From NCBI GenBank assembly GCA_934140285.1, contig CAKPBI010000001.1, positions 211,515-275,514 on the forward strand: a stretch of 64,000 bases of DNA, read 5' to 3'. A program made the position numbers and the translations under genes. The DNA is from an uncultured Bacilli bacterium (GTDB taxonomy: Bacteria > Bacillota_I > Bacilli_A > ML615J-28 > CAG-313). Shown here piece after piece: positions 20,064-29,935 of the stretch. Numbering within the stretch: the stretch's first letter is position 1; the number at the start of each line of letters is the position of its first letter. The notes beneath the pieces are model-generated. The model made no database searches and was not told where the DNA came from. It worked only from the letters and a program-made list of their open reading frames with translations.

Positions 20064-20100
20064 AATAGAAGCAATGGTTTTTCATTGCTTCTATTTATTT
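20064..20100. terminator. Bidirectional terminator between the MFS gene (+) and rnj (-)
   Basis: AGAAGCAATG-gttttt-CATTGCTTCT followed by ATTTATTT. Confidence 0.8.
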
Positions 20101-21788
20101 ATAATATTAACAGTAGTTACAATTAATGGCTTTCTTTCAGTCTTATGATATATATCTTGACTTAAAGCAATACCAACTTGACGTTCAATATATTTAACAT
20201 TGATGTTTTTATATTGTCTTAAAGCATTTGCTAAAACTTCATTAGCTTTTTGCTTTAAGAATTCACAAAATTCTTGAGATAAATTAGGTACCATAAAACC
20301 TCTAGTTACAACTTGAGTTGGATAAATCATTTTCTTATCTTTATTTAAACTAAAGGTAATACTAACAAGACCTCCATCACTCATCTTAATTCTTTCTTTG
20401 ATAATATTACTATCAACATCACTTAAAGAAGAATCTAGGTAAACATCAGAAGCAACAATATCATTTTTAATAACTCTTGCTCCTTTACCATTAAAGCACA
20501 AAGAATCCCCTGGGTCTAATACAAAACAATTTTCTTTAGGCATTCCCATAGATATAGCTATATTAGCATGATGCTTAAGCATAGAGTATTCACCATGAGC
20601 AGGCATAAAATATCTTGGTTGCATAAATGAAAGCATTAAACGAATCTCGTTTTGGGAAGCATGTCCTGTAGTATGTGTATCAGTTAAAGGACTATTCTTA
20701 ATTACATGGGCACCAGCATGAACTAACATATTAATGTTACGATTTATAAATTGTTCATTTCCAGGGATTGGTTTACTTGAAAAAATAATGGTGTCATCAG
20801 GTAATAATTTAATTTGTTTATGAGTTCCTTTAGCAATCTTCGATAGTGCCGCAAGAGGTTCACCTTGTGATCCTGTACATAATATAGTAACTTTTTTAGA
20901 GTCAAGTTTACCTAAATCACGTCCAAAGTGAATTCTAGATTTTGGTATTGTAATATACTTTAATCTTGAAGCAACCTCAATTGTTTTTTCCATACTATGT
21001 CCAAATACAATAATATCACGATTAGAATTAATACTTGCTTGTAATATTTGTTGTACACGATAAACATTAGATGCGAAAGTTGCAACGATAATTCTTCCTT
21101 CAATTTGATTAAAAAGATTGTTTAAGTTTTCCCCAATCTTTCTTTCGCTTGCTGAAAATTGAGATATATCAGCATTTGTACTATCAGCTAGTAAACAAAG
21201 TACACCTTCTTTACCAAGTTTAGTCATCTTGTAGTAATCACATTTTTCACCAATTGGACTAAAATCAAATTTAAAGTCACCAGTATTAACGATATACCCA
21301 TAAGGAGTTTTACAAGCAATACCATAAGAATCAGGAATACTATGATTAGTTCTAAAGAAACTTACTTTTAAAGTTTTAAATGTAAATTCAGAGTTATCGT
21401 AAAATGGTTGAAGATTATAAGTTATATCAGGGAACTCTTGCATTTTGTTTTGGATAAGTCCAATCGCAATACCACTTGCATAAATGGCAGGGATATTTAC
21501 TTTCTTAAGTAAAAATGGTAATGCTCCAATATGATCTTCATGGCCATGGGTAATAAATAGGCCAACTATTTTGTTTTGGTTGTTGATTAAATGTGTGAAG
21601 TCAGGAATTACGTAATTAACACCTTTTTGTTCATCATCAGCGAAAAGAATACCAGCATCCATAATTAGTATTTCTGTATTACTTTCAATAACATACATAT
21701 TCATACCAACAACACCAAGGCCGCCTAGAGAATATACTTTATACTCTAGTCTATTTTGGTCTTTTCTTTTTTTGTTCTCTTTTTCCAT
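20091..21788 (-). CDS. rnj: Ribonuclease J
   Basis: Metallo-beta-lactamase motif HGHEDHIG, beta-CASP region, about 565 aa. Confidence 0.93.
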   Translation of the reverse strand: MEKENKKRKDQNRLEYKVYSLGGLGVVGMNMYVIESNTEILIMDAGILFADDEQKGVNYVIPDFTHLINNQNKIVGLFITHGHEDHIGALPFLLKKVNIPAIYASGIAIGLIQNKMQEFPDITYNLQPFYDNSEFTFKTLKVSFFRTNHSIPDSYGIACKTPYGYIVNTGDFKFDFSPIGEKCDYYKMTKLGKEGVLCLLADSTNADISQFSASERKIGENLNNLFNQIEGRIIVATFASNVYRVQQILQASINSNRDIIVFGHSMEKTIEVASRLKYITIPKSRIHFGRDLGKLDSKKVTILCTGSQGEPLAALSKIAKGTHKQIKLLPDDTIIFSSKPIPGNEQFINRNINMLVHAGAHVIKNSPLTDTHTTGHASQNEIRLMLSFMQPRYFMPAHGEYSMLKHHANIAISMGMPKENCFVLDPGDSLCFNGKGARVIKNDIVASDVYLDSSLSDVDSNIIKERIKMSDGGLVSITFSLNKDKKMIYPTQVVTRGFMVPNLSQEFCEFLKQKANEVLANALRQYKNINVKYIERQVGIALSQDIYHKTERKPLIVTTVNIINK

Positions 21789-21922
21789 TAGCTTCCTCCT
21801 TTCTTTTCTTTTTCAATCCATTATATTATATCAAAAAATTCAATATTTTCACAGTAAAAAACTTAAAAAATATATTGAAAACATTTTTATAAGTACATTA
21901 ATGTCGGAAATAGTAAAAATAA

Positions 21923-21930
21923 TGTATAAT
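21923..21930 (+). promoter_or_regulatory. Extended -10 element (TGTATAAT) upstream of the Cof hydrolase gene
   Basis: TGTATAAT lies 20 nt upstream of the ATG at 21950; no clear -35. Confidence 0.35.
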
Positions 21931-21949
21931 CGTTACAAGAGGTAAGGAT

Positions 21950-22753
21950 ATGTTAAATAATAAAAAAGCAATTTTTATAGATATTGATGGAACTCTATAT
22001 GATAGTTCCATTAAAGACTTTCGTCCAACTACTATTGAAATATTAAAAGAACTCGCCAATAATCCTGAATATGATTTATATATTGCGAGTGGTAGATCAC
22101 TTAGTACAATCGGAAGTGTAAAAAAATACTTTAATAACTTTAAAGGCTTTGTATTGACAAATGGAGAGGAAATCTACATTGATGATAAGAAGATATATCA
22201 AGGTAAGATAGCAACAAAGATACTTGAAAGATTTGTTAATTACTGTAATGAAAGAAGTTATCCAACTGTTCTCATATGTGAAGATCATTTGTTTTATAAT
22301 CAATTAAACCAAGAAATGAAAACCAACTTTGAGGAATACATTAAAGTAGAAATTGAGCCACTACAAAGTACAGAGATTCTTCCTACAATAAGTGTTTCTC
22401 AATTATGGCTTTTTGTTTCAAATGAGGAAAATGAAAAGATTCGTCAAGATTTTCCTGAACTTGAAATTATCAATTGGGGAAACTATGGAGCCGATGTTCT
22501 TGAAAAAAATCATACAAAAGGTGAAGGCGTAACAAGAGTAATTAAATTAATGAATTATAAATTAGAAAATACTTTCGCAATCGGTGATTCAGATAATGAT
22601 GTTGTAATGTTCACAAGAGTCGGTACTTCAATTTGTATGGGTAATGGCACAACCAAAGCAAAAAATGCTGCTAAAATTGTTGGATACGATATTAGTGATG
22701 AAGGCTTAATGAAAAATATTAAAGAATATATCTTAAAAGAAAAAATGAATTGA
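21950..22753 (+). CDS. Cof-type HAD-IIB phosphatase
   Basis: FIDIDGTLYD motif; GDSDND near the C-terminus. Confidence 0.85.
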   Translation: MLNNKKAIFIDIDGTLYDSSIKDFRPTTIEILKELANNPEYDLYIASGRSLSTIGSVKKYFNNFKGFVLTNGEEIYIDDKKIYQGKIATKILERFVNYCNERSYPTVLICEDHLFYNQLNQEMKTNFEEYIKVEIEPLQSTEILPTISVSQLWLFVSNEENEKIRQDFPELEIINWGNYGADVLEKNHTKGEGVTRVIKLMNYKLENTFAIGDSDNDVVMFTRVGTSICMGNGTTKAKNAAKIVGYDISDEGLMKNIKEYILKEKMN

Positions 22754-22768
22754 TAAACCAATTCATTT

Positions 22769-23344
22769 TTATTCTTCATTTTTAAAAACAATAGGACGTG
22801 AATTTTCAGGAACCTTAAATGGTTCTTTTTTATTAATTCTATCAACAAATAAGATACCATTTAAATGATCATATTCATGTTGAAATACTACCGCAGGATA
22901 ACCTTTAAGACGAAGTGATACTTTCTTTAATTCTCCATTATCGTAAAGATAGGTTTCTAAAGAAACACGACGAGGTCTATGAACATATCCATGAGTTTCA
23001 CGATTAACAGATAGGCATCCTTCTCCACAATCAAGATAAGTTAGTTCTTCAGAATAACTTATAATTCGGGGATTCACCATTGGATAATAATGCTCGTTGC
23101 CATATTCATCAGTACAATACATAACAAGCATCTTAATATTTTTACCAACTTGAGGAGCCGCAATTCCAACCGCAGGACGTAGTTTATATTTTTCAGCGAT
23201 TTCAGGGTTTATCGAATTAAATATATATTCAATCATTGATTTAAGGGTATTCTCATCTTCCTCACTTAAAGGAAGTACTACATCAACAGATTTAACTTTT
23301 AAAATTGGATTTCCTTCTTTTAGGATGTCTTTCATTGTGAGCAT
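22769..23344 (-). CDS. def: Peptide deformylase
   Basis: GIAAPQVG, EGCLS and HEYDHLNG motifs. Confidence 0.93.
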   Translation of the reverse strand: MLTMKDILKEGNPILKVKSVDVVLPLSEEDENTLKSMIEYIFNSINPEIAEKYKLRPAVGIAAPQVGKNIKMLVMYCTDEYGNEHYYPMVNPRIISYSEELTYLDCGEGCLSVNRETHGYVHRPRRVSLETYLYDNGELKKVSLRLKGYPAVVFQHEYDHLNGILFVDRINKKEPFKVPENSRPIVFKNEE

Positions 23345-23393
23345 TCTATCACCTCATTATATATATATTATACTAAAAAATACAATAATAATC

Positions 23394-23425
23394 AAGAAAA
23401 AAGAAAACTGCTGATAAACAGCAGT
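23394..23425 (-). terminator. Terminator downstream of yjcZ-like gene (minus strand)
   Basis: ACTGCTG-ataaa-CAGCAGT, with the U-tract on the minus strand (A-tract 23394-23406 on plus). Confidence 0.7.
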
Positions 23426-23436
23426 CTTTACCTTTT

Positions 23437-23583
23437 TTACCAACGAGCAGTACCAATGATAACAAGAAGAATGAATAATACAAGAATTAAAGCATATCCA
23501 TATCCTCCTGTGCCACAGCCAGTGTTACAACAGCCAGTATTAACTGGTTGACAACAATTAAATCCATAATTAGGTTGATACAT
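23437..23583 (-). CDS. YjcZ-family small sporulation membrane protein (48 aa)
   Basis: Cys/Gly-rich N-terminus followed by YALILVLFILLVIIG; strong RBS AGGAGGGGAG before the internal Met, so the longer track ORF is rejected. Confidence 0.7.
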   Translation of the reverse strand: MYQPNYGFNCCQPVNTGCCNTGCGTGGYGYALILVLFILLVIIGTARW

Positions 23584-23713
23584 AAACTCCCCTCCTTTAA
23601 TTACTATATAATATGTGCATTTTATTTTTTTGTCTATGCCTTTACCCAAAATTATAAATACAAATTAATTTATTAAATTAAATGAATATGGTAAAATGTA
23701 TTGGGTGATTAAT

Positions 23714-23983
23714 ATGAAGCAAAGACACGAAGCCGAAATGGCATTACAAATAGATTATGAGTTATTTACAACAGAAGAAATAGTTAAAATATTTAATTTC
23801 TATTCTTTAATGGAAAGAACAAAACATCAAAATATTAAAAAAGATGAATTATTAAATGCTTATAAGGAATACCGTAATATTATTAACAATATAGCTTTAC
23901 AAAAAAAATATGATAAGAATTTTGAAAAAGTATCTGGCATTTCAATTTATCAAATAATTACATCTTGTGGGGGAAAATACTAA
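23714..23983 (+). CDS. UPF0223 (YktA-like) protein
   Basis: LDYxxFTTEE..FN.Y...E...I..DE..NAYK.YR and C-terminal EKVSGISIYQI pattern typical of YktA. The start is probably the internal ATG (MKQRH). Confidence 0.7.
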   Translation: MKQRHEAEMALQIDYELFTTEEIVKIFNFYSLMERTKHQNIKKDELLNAYKEYRNIINNIALQKKYDKNFEKVSGISIYQIITSCGGKY

Positions 23984-24222
23984 TAAGTAGTATTATCATT
24001 TCCTCTTATACCTAAATAGTTTTCTAATCTACTTACACGCTTTAACATTTCATTGTTTAAGCGTTTTAATTCGTTAATCTCTGATTGTAAACGACTTAGA
24101 TCATAGTTGTTTGGGGCAACTTCTTGATAACCATACATATATCCAGGTACTCCATTATTCATAGGACCATAAGGATTTGGCATAGGGTTATTGTATCGTT
24201 CCTCTTTCTTTTTGAAAAACAT
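23980..24222 (-). CDS. Hypothetical small protein with a Tyr/Gly/Pro-rich N-terminus and a coiled-coil C-terminus
   Basis: ORF with RBS; composition reminiscent of small spore-associated proteins. Confidence 0.4.
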   Translation of the reverse strand: MFFKKKEERYNNPMPNPYGPMNNGVPGYMYGYQEVAPNNYDLSRLQSEINELKRLNNEMLKRVSRLENYLGIRGNDNTTY

Positions 24223-24314
24223 AGTAATCCTCCTTTCACCTTATATTATGAATTAATATAGTTTTTTGTCACCAAAATTAGATATTTGTAATAACTTATA
24301 GTAGGGGTGAAAGA

Positions 24315-24677
24315 ATGGCAAGTAGAATGGATGAATTTCGTGAGTTTGTATCAAAACATCCTCTTGTAAGAGATGAAGTAAAAAAAGGAACTGCGACGTG
24401 GCAACAAATTTATGAAAACTGGGTAATCCTAGGAGAAAATGATGACTCTTGGAAAAAATATGAAAAAGTAGAAACAACAGAACAACCTAAAAAACTTGAA
24501 GATTTATTAGGCCAAGCAAACTTAAAGAATATCTGGGGATATATAAAAAAGATTAATCCTGATTCAATAAGTAAGACGCTTAATACAGTACAAAAAGTTC
24601 TCCAAATAACTCAAAGTTTTGGTGGTAAAAACGTAAGTAGCCTCTATAATGCAAATTATAATAGTTGGTGGGATTAA
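24315..24677 (+). CDS. ylbD: YlbD-like putative spore-coat protein
   Basis: FREFVSKHPLVRDEVKKGTATWQQIYENWVILGENDDSW matches the conserved YlbD N-terminal pattern. Confidence 0.65.
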   Translation: MASRMDEFREFVSKHPLVRDEVKKGTATWQQIYENWVILGENDDSWKKYEKVETTEQPKKLEDLLGQANLKNIWGYIKKINPDSISKTLNTVQKVLQITQSFGGKNVSSLYNANYNSWWD

Positions 24678-24679
24678 TC

Positions 24680-24904
24680 ATGACACAAGAAATTTTAAGC
24701 AAACTTTATCAAAATGATTTATATTTAACATATTTAAGATACCATCCTAAATGGTATGTTATCTTAAACGATCATCCTAATGCATATGAGGATTTTGAAA
24801 AAGAAGTAAAAGTAAATTTAAAGTTAACAACTTACGATAAAATTGATAACTTAAGAAAACAAGTAGACTTCATAAACGGAATTATAAAATATTTAAATAG
24901 TTAG
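24680..24904 (+). CDS. ylbE: YlbE-like protein
   Basis: YLRYHPKWYVIL..HPNAYEDFEK pattern; conserved adjacency to ylbD; ATG at 24680 with RBS GGTGGG. Confidence 0.6.
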   Translation: MTQEILSKLYQNDLYLTYLRYHPKWYVILNDHPNAYEDFEKEVKVNLKLTTYDKIDNLRKQVDFINGIIKYLNS

Positions 24905-24920
24905 TGTCAAGGCAATATAC

Positions 24921-24949
24921 TTGACACCTATTTAATATTATGATATAAT
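24921..24949 (+). promoter_or_regulatory. Consensus sigma-A promoter of rpsP
   Basis: TTGACA-17-TATAAT, exact consensus, overlapping the 3' arm of a GTGTCAAG/CTTGACAC hairpin. Confidence 0.75.
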
Positions 24950-24983
24950 ACTTAAGAAATAATTACAAATAGGAGGAATTATT

Positions 24984-25259
24984 ATGTCTGTAAAATTAAG
25001 ATCTCAAAGATTTGGTTCTAAGAAAAGTCCTTTTTATCGTATCGTTGTAACTGATTCACGTAATCCTCGTGATGGTCGTTTCATCGAAATCGTAGGAACT
25101 TATAACCCTCTAACAAATCCTGCAACTGTTAAAATTGACGAAGAAAAAGTATTATCATGGTTAGAAAAAGGTGCAAAACCAACAGATACAGTTAAGTCAT
25201 TATTATCAAAACAAGGAATCATTGCAAAATTTACAAATAAAAACACTACTTCAAAATAG
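24984..25259 (+). CDS. rpsP: 30S ribosomal protein S16
   Basis: [22 protein letters not shown]; RBS AGGAGG. Confidence 0.97.
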   Translation: MSVKLRSQRFGSKKSPFYRIVVTDSRNPRDGRFIEIVGTYNPLTNPATVKIDEEKVLSWLEKGAKPTDTVKSLLSKQGIIAKFTNKNTTSK

Positions 25260-25269
25260 GTGATAAACA

Positions 25270-25524
25270 ATGGCTGAAATTAATTATGAAAATTTAGTTA
25301 AAGAATTAGTTAAGCCACTTGTTAGTCGCCCAGAAAAAGTTATTGTTAAAGTGGAAACTATTAATGATAGAGAGATTTCTGTTGAAGTATTAGTTGATCC
25401 AATTGATCTTGGAAGAGTAATAGGAAAACATGGACGAGTAGCAAGTGCAATAAGAACTTTAGCTCATGCCGCTGCAACCCGCAATGATCAATCTGTAACA
25501 ATTGAATTTACAGGACTTGAATAG
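25270..25524 (+). CDS. ylqC: KH-domain RNA-binding protein (YlqC/UPF0109)
   Basis: GRVIGKHGRVASAIRTL motif; synteny after rpsP. Confidence 0.85.
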   Translation: MAEINYENLVKELVKPLVSRPEKVIVKVETINDREISVEVLVDPIDLGRVIGKHGRVASAIRTLAHAAATRNDQSVTIEFTGLE

Positions 25525-25565
25525 TTAGAATTTATAGGTCTACCCTATGCATTCTAACTTTTTTC
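25524..25565 (+). terminator. Terminator splitting the rpsP-KH genes from the downstream DNA
   Basis: GTTAGAAT-N19-ATTCTAAC followed by TTTTTTC. Confidence 0.75.
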
Positions 25566-25589
25566 ATCTAAAAAATTAGGAGGTTTAAT

Positions 25590-26444
25590 ATGAAGAAAAT
25601 AATTGATAAAACTTTTTCTAGTGAAAGAGCTTTATATAATGAATCAGATGTTAAATTAATTAATTGTCGTTTTGAAGGAGAAGAAGATGGCGAATCAGCA
25701 TTAAAGGAATCTACAAACGTTGATGTTGAATCTACTTACATGGATTTACGTTATCCATTTTGGCATGTTCATAATTTATATTTGAATGATGTTGAAATGA
25801 CTCCAAATTGTAGAGCAGCTTTATGGTATACGGTTAATACTACCATTGATAACTCAAAACTACATGGTATTAAAGCCATTCGTGAATGTCAAGATTTTAT
25901 CATTAATAATTGTGATATTGTTTCTCCTGAGTTTTCATGGCGTAGTAATAATATAAATTTAAATGATTCAAGTATTGTCAGTGAATATGCTTTCTTTGAA
26001 TCTCATAATGTAAGACTAAATAATTGTAAATTTTCAGGAAAATATTCGTTTCAATATGTTGAAAACTTAATAATTGATAATTCAATTCTTGATACTAAAG
26101 ATGCTTTTTGGCATGCTAAAAACACAACCGTAAAAAATTCAACAATAATTGGAGAATACCTTGGGTGGTATAGTGAAAACCTAACCTTAATTAATTGTAA
26201 GATTAAAGGAACACAACCTCTTTGTTATTGTAAGGGCCTAAAGTTAATTGATTGTTATATGGAAGATGCTGACTTAAGCTTTGAGTATAGTGAAGTTGAT
26301 GCTCACATATTAGGAAATATGATTTCTATCAAAAATCCACTATCAGGTCAAATTGTGGTAGATGGTGATTCTGAAATCATTCTTGTTGATAGTAAGTATG
26401 AAACAAAAGCTCAAGTTACTCTTCATAATAAAGAAAACAAATAA
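25590..26444 (+). CDS. DUF3737-family (parallel beta-helix) cytoplasmic protein
   Basis: Repetitive N..I.N..I beta-helix rungs; RBS AGGAGG. Confidence 0.55.
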   Translation: MKKIIDKTFSSERALYNESDVKLINCRFEGEEDGESALKESTNVDVESTYMDLRYPFWHVHNLYLNDVEMTPNCRAALWYTVNTTIDNSKLHGIKAIRECQDFIINNCDIVSPEFSWRSNNINLNDSSIVSEYAFFESHNVRLNNCKFSGKYSFQYVENLIIDNSILDTKDAFWHAKNTTVKNSTIIGEYLGWYSENLTLINCKIKGTQPLCYCKGLKLIDCYMEDADLSFEYSEVDAHILGNMISIKNPLSGQIVVDGDSEIILVDSKYETKAQVTLHNKENK

Positions 26445-26451
26445 AAATTTT

Positions 26452-26488
26452 AAACTGATATTATTTTATAGTAATATCAGTTTTTTAT
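26452..26488 (+). terminator. Rho-independent terminator
   Basis: AAACTGATATTA-N8-TAATATCAGTTT followed by TTTATT. Confidence 0.8.
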
Positions 26489-26545
26489 TATTATTTAATA
26501 AAATAAAAAGTATAGCCAATTTTGGCGTATTTAAAGTTCTTTCAA

Positions 26546-26574
26546 TTGCATTATAGTCTTAAATTTGGTATAAT
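26546..26574 (+). promoter_or_regulatory. Sigma-A promoter of the arsR-ATPase operon
   Basis: TTGCAT-17-TATAAT; followed by the imperfect inverted repeat ATATAA-N9-TTATAT (26583-26605), a candidate ArsR operator. Confidence 0.55.
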
Positions 26575-26627
26575 TATTTAGTATATATAAACATGTGCTT
26601 ATATGAGAATGAAAGAAAGGTGAAAGC

Positions 26628-26924
26628 ATGCAGATATTGAACTGTCAAAAAGTAGATCGATTAGCAAATACATTAGCAATTTTAGGGGATCCTGTTCGTT
26701 TATCAATAGTTGTATATTTAATAGAACATACGGCGAATGTTACAGAAATAACAGAATACTTGAAAATGAGTCAACCAGCAATTTCTCATCATTTACGCCT
26801 ACTGAAAACTTCAGGAATATTAAAAAGTGAAAAGAAAGGTAAACTTGTGTATTATAGTTTAGTAGATGAACATGTTAAAAACATCATTGAATCTGGTTTA
26901 GTACACATGTCAAATGGTGAATAA
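26628..26924 (+). CDS. ArsR/SmtB-family metalloregulator (alpha5-site type)
   Basis: HTH EITEYLKMSQPAISHHLRLL; C-terminal D-x-H..H ligand pattern; no alpha3 CxC. Confidence 0.8.
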   Translation: MQILNCQKVDRLANTLAILGDPVRLSIVVYLIEHTANVTEITEYLKMSQPAISHHLRLLKTSGILKSEKKGKLVYYSLVDEHVKNIIESGLVHMSNGE

Positions 26925-29442
26925 AATGCCTGAGATAATTAAGAATTTTCAACTTTCTAAGATTGAAAGTAACAATTATAAAAGAATACTTAATGAAATA
27001 AAAAAAATAAAGGGGATAAAATCGGCTACAATCAATAAAGAAAAGAATACTTTACGCATCGAAGTAAGTGTTGACCAAAATGAAAGAAAAGCTCAAGCAA
27101 GACTTGAGAAGGTAAAAGCACAAATAACAAATGCCATTTTAACATATGAGAAAAAAGCAACAATCGAAGAGATTATCGCAAAAGAAGTGTATCGTAGAGT
27201 CTTGTATTTGAATGGCCTTGATTGTGCACATTGTGCAACAAAAATAGAAACAATTGCTAAAAGAGAACTTGATTATGAAAAACTATTAGTTGATTATACA
27301 AGTTTTCGCTTTATTATTGAAAGTTCTAATAAAGAACAAATGAATAATATCATTGACCTTGTAACTAAAATAGCTCATAAGGTGGATGAAAGAATCGAAG
27401 TAACAGAAAAAGTAAAAAAAGTTGAAGAATTAAAAGAAGAAGAAAAACCAAAAAAATATTTTCGTGATTTAACAATTATATTTGGAGCCATATCATATAT
27501 CTTCTCATATTTATGTTTAATCGAATTTAGACCAGCAAATTGGCATAGAATATTTGAACATGAAGAAGCATTTAATACTGGTAGTCCATATTTAACGGCT
27601 CATATGATTCTGTTGATAATAACCTACCTACTTATTGGATATCCTATTATCATACGTTTCTTAAAGAATCTTCGTCATGGTCGATTCTTTGATGAAAATT
27701 CATTAATGACAATTGCGAGTATTGGTGCAATAGCAACTAACCATTTTTCAGAAGCAGTAATGGTCCTTGCGTTATTCCAACTTGGTGAGTACCTTCAACA
27801 TCGAGCAGTAAATAAATGCCGAAAATCTATTGAAGAATTACTTAAGATAGATATTAAAAATGCTAAAATCAAAAAAGAAGATGAAGTAATCGAAATTGAA
27901 GTAGAAAGTGTCTTACCAGATGATATTATCGTTGTTAACAAAGGTGAGATGATTCCTCTAGATGGTATTCTTTTAAATCATAAAGCAATGCTAGATACTA
28001 AAAATTTAACTGGAGAATCATTAGTTAGAGAAATCGACAAAGGCGAAGTAATAATGGCTGGTACAGTAAACATGGGTGATGTAATTGAAATTAAAGTAAT
28101 TCGCCCATATTCAGAATCAATGATAACTAAAATTCTTGATATGGTAGAAAACGCTTCTGCCTCAAAAGCAAAAGCTGAAAACTTTATAACTAAATTTTCA
28201 AGATATTATACTCCAATAATCTTAGTTCTAGCAATCATTATTGGTGTATGTGGTTATTTCATAGAAACTAACTATATAATGCCAAGTGTATCGGTTAATT
28301 ACTTGGAAAAAATTCAAGAGTGGGTTTATCGCTCAATGGTATTTTTAGTTATCTCTTGTCCTTGTGCCTTAGTTATATCAATTCCCCTATGTTTCTTTAT
28401 GGGAATAGGTATTGCTTCTAAAAGAGGTATTCTTGTGAAAGGAAGCAACTATCTTGAAACTTTAAATAAAGTAGAAAATATTGTTTTTGATAAAACTGGA
28501 ACTCTAACAAAAGGTGAATTTAAAATTCAAAAGATTGTTCCTGCATCATCAGATATCAAGGAAGACACAATTTTAAAAAATCTAATTTATGTTGAATTTT
28601 ACTCAAACCATCCTATTGGAATGTCAATTGTAGATGACTATGGAAGAGAAAATGTATTCTCAGAAATTATCAGTGATTTTACTACCTTATCAGGTGGTGC
28701 TAAAGCTTTAGTTAATGGTACTAAGTATACAGTTGGTAATCTAAAATTAATGAATGCTCTAAAATATGAAGTACCTACAGTTGAAGAAACAGGTTTAATT
28801 ATATATGTAGTAAAAGAGAAATCATATCTTGGATATGTAGTAATAGGTGATTCAATACGTGAAGAAGCAAAGGGAGCAATCCAAGAGTTACATAATCAAG
28901 GTGTTAAAAATACATATATTTTAACAGGTGATATGCGAGGAATTGCTGAAGAAACAGCTAGTCAAATTGGTGTTGATAAAGTATACTCTGAATTATTACC
29001 TGATGAAAAGGTGAAAAAACTAGAAGAAATCCGTGAATCTGCAACTATTGGTTGTACAGTATTTATCGGTGATGGAATCAATGATGCCCCTGCTATTGCC
29101 GCAAGCGATGTCGGAATTGCTATGGGTAAGGTTGGTAGTGATGCTACAATTGCTGTATCTGATGTTGTTATTATGAGTGATGATTTAAGTAAATTACCAG
29201 ATTTACTAAAGATAGCAAAGGTAACACGAAGAAAGGTAATTCAAAACATTGTTATTTCATTATCTATAAAAGTATTAGTAATGATTTCAGCAATTAATCC
29301 TGCTTTTCCACTTCCACTATGGCTTGCAATATTCTCAGATGTTGGTGTATCATTAATTGCCATCTTTAATTCTATATTTATTTTAGGTACATTTAAAAAC
29401 AAAAAAACAAACAAGAAGGAAGAAAAAACAAATGAAGAATAA
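26914..29442 (+). CDS. P1B-type heavy-metal (Zn/Cd/Co-type) translocating ATPase with an extended N-terminus
   Basis: HMA segment GLDCAHCATKIE, SCPCALV, DKTGTLT, GDGINDAPA. Confidence 0.9.
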   Translation: MVNKMPEIIKNFQLSKIESNNYKRILNEIKKIKGIKSATINKEKNTLRIEVSVDQNERKAQARLEKVKAQITNAILTYEKKATIEEIIAKEVYRRVLYLNGLDCAHCATKIETIAKRELDYEKLLVDYTSFRFIIESSNKEQMNNIIDLVTKIAHKVDERIEVTEKVKKVEELKEEEKPKKYFRDLTIIFGAISYIFSYLCLIEFRPANWHRIFEHEEAFNTGSPYLTAHMILLIITYLLIGYPIIIRFLKNLRHGRFFDENSLMTIASIGAIATNHFSEAVMVLALFQLGEYLQHRAVNKCRKSIEELLKIDIKNAKIKKEDEVIEIEVESVLPDDIIVVNKGEMIPLDGILLNHKAMLDTKNLTGESLVREIDKGEVIMAGTVNMGDVIEIKVIRPYSESMITKILDMVENASASKAKAENFITKFSRYYTPIILVLAIIIGVCGYFIETNYIMPSVSVNYLEKIQEWVYRSMVFLVISCPCALVISIPLCFFMGIGIASKRGILVKGSNYLETLNKVENIVFDKTGTLTKGEFKIQKIVPASSDIKEDTILKNLIYVEFYSNHPIGMSIVDDYGRENVFSEIISDFTTLSGGAKALVNGTKYTVGNLKLMNALKYEVPTVEETGLIIYVVKEKSYLGYVVIGDSIREEAKGAIQELHNQGVKNTYILTGDMRGIAEETASQIGVDKVYSELLPDEKVKKLEEIRESATIGCTVFIGDGINDAPAIAASDVGIAMGKVGSDATIAVSDVVIMSDDLSKLPDLLKIAKVTRRKVIQNIVISLSIKVLVMISAINPAFPLPLWLAIFSDVGVSLIAIFNSIFILGTFKNKKTNKKEEKTNEE

Positions 29443-29935
29443 TTTGATATTAATTGGTCATGTTGTTGGAACATTTGGTATTAAAGGTGAACTTAAAATA
29501 AATAGTGAAAGTGATTTTATAGAATATCGCTTTAGGGTAGGTGCAAAAATTTATTTCCAAGATTCAAAAGAATATGAAGTAACTTCTTTTAGAATTCATA
29601 AGGGTAATGTTTTAATAACAATTAATAATTTACTAAACATTAATGATGTATTAGATAAAGTAGGAATGGATGTATTTGCTTCAACAAATGATGTTCCACC
29701 AATGAAAGAAAATGAGTATTATGTTGATGATCTAGTAGGATTACAAGTATTAAATACAAATAATGAAATACTAGGAACTGTAACAGATGTAATAGATATT
29801 CCTAGTGGTTACTTACTAGAGATAACTGACAAGACAAACAATAATAGTTTTTTAGTTCCTTTTGTTGATGCTTTTGTAAAATCAATAGATGATGAGAAAA
29901 TTATAATTGAAGAAATTGAAGGTTTAAGATCATGA
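29432..29935 (+). CDS. rimM: 16S rRNA processing protein RimM
   Basis: IGHVVGTFGIKGELKI; overlaps the ATPase stop by 11 nt. Confidence 0.9.
   Translation: MKNNLILIGHVVGTFGIKGELKINSESDFIEYRFRVGAKIYFQDSKEYEVTSFRIHKGNVLITINNLLNINDVLDKVGMDVFASTNDVPPMKENEYYVDDLVGLQVLNTNNEILGTVTDVIDIPSGYLLEITDKTNNNSFLVPFVDAFVKSIDDEKIIIEEIEGLRS

Noticed and set aside
23437-23649. Longer 70-aa version of the yjcZ-like ORF
   Set aside because: A strong RBS (AGGAGGGGAG) precedes the internal Met. YjcZ-family proteins are about 45-50 aa, and the extended N-terminus has no homology pattern.
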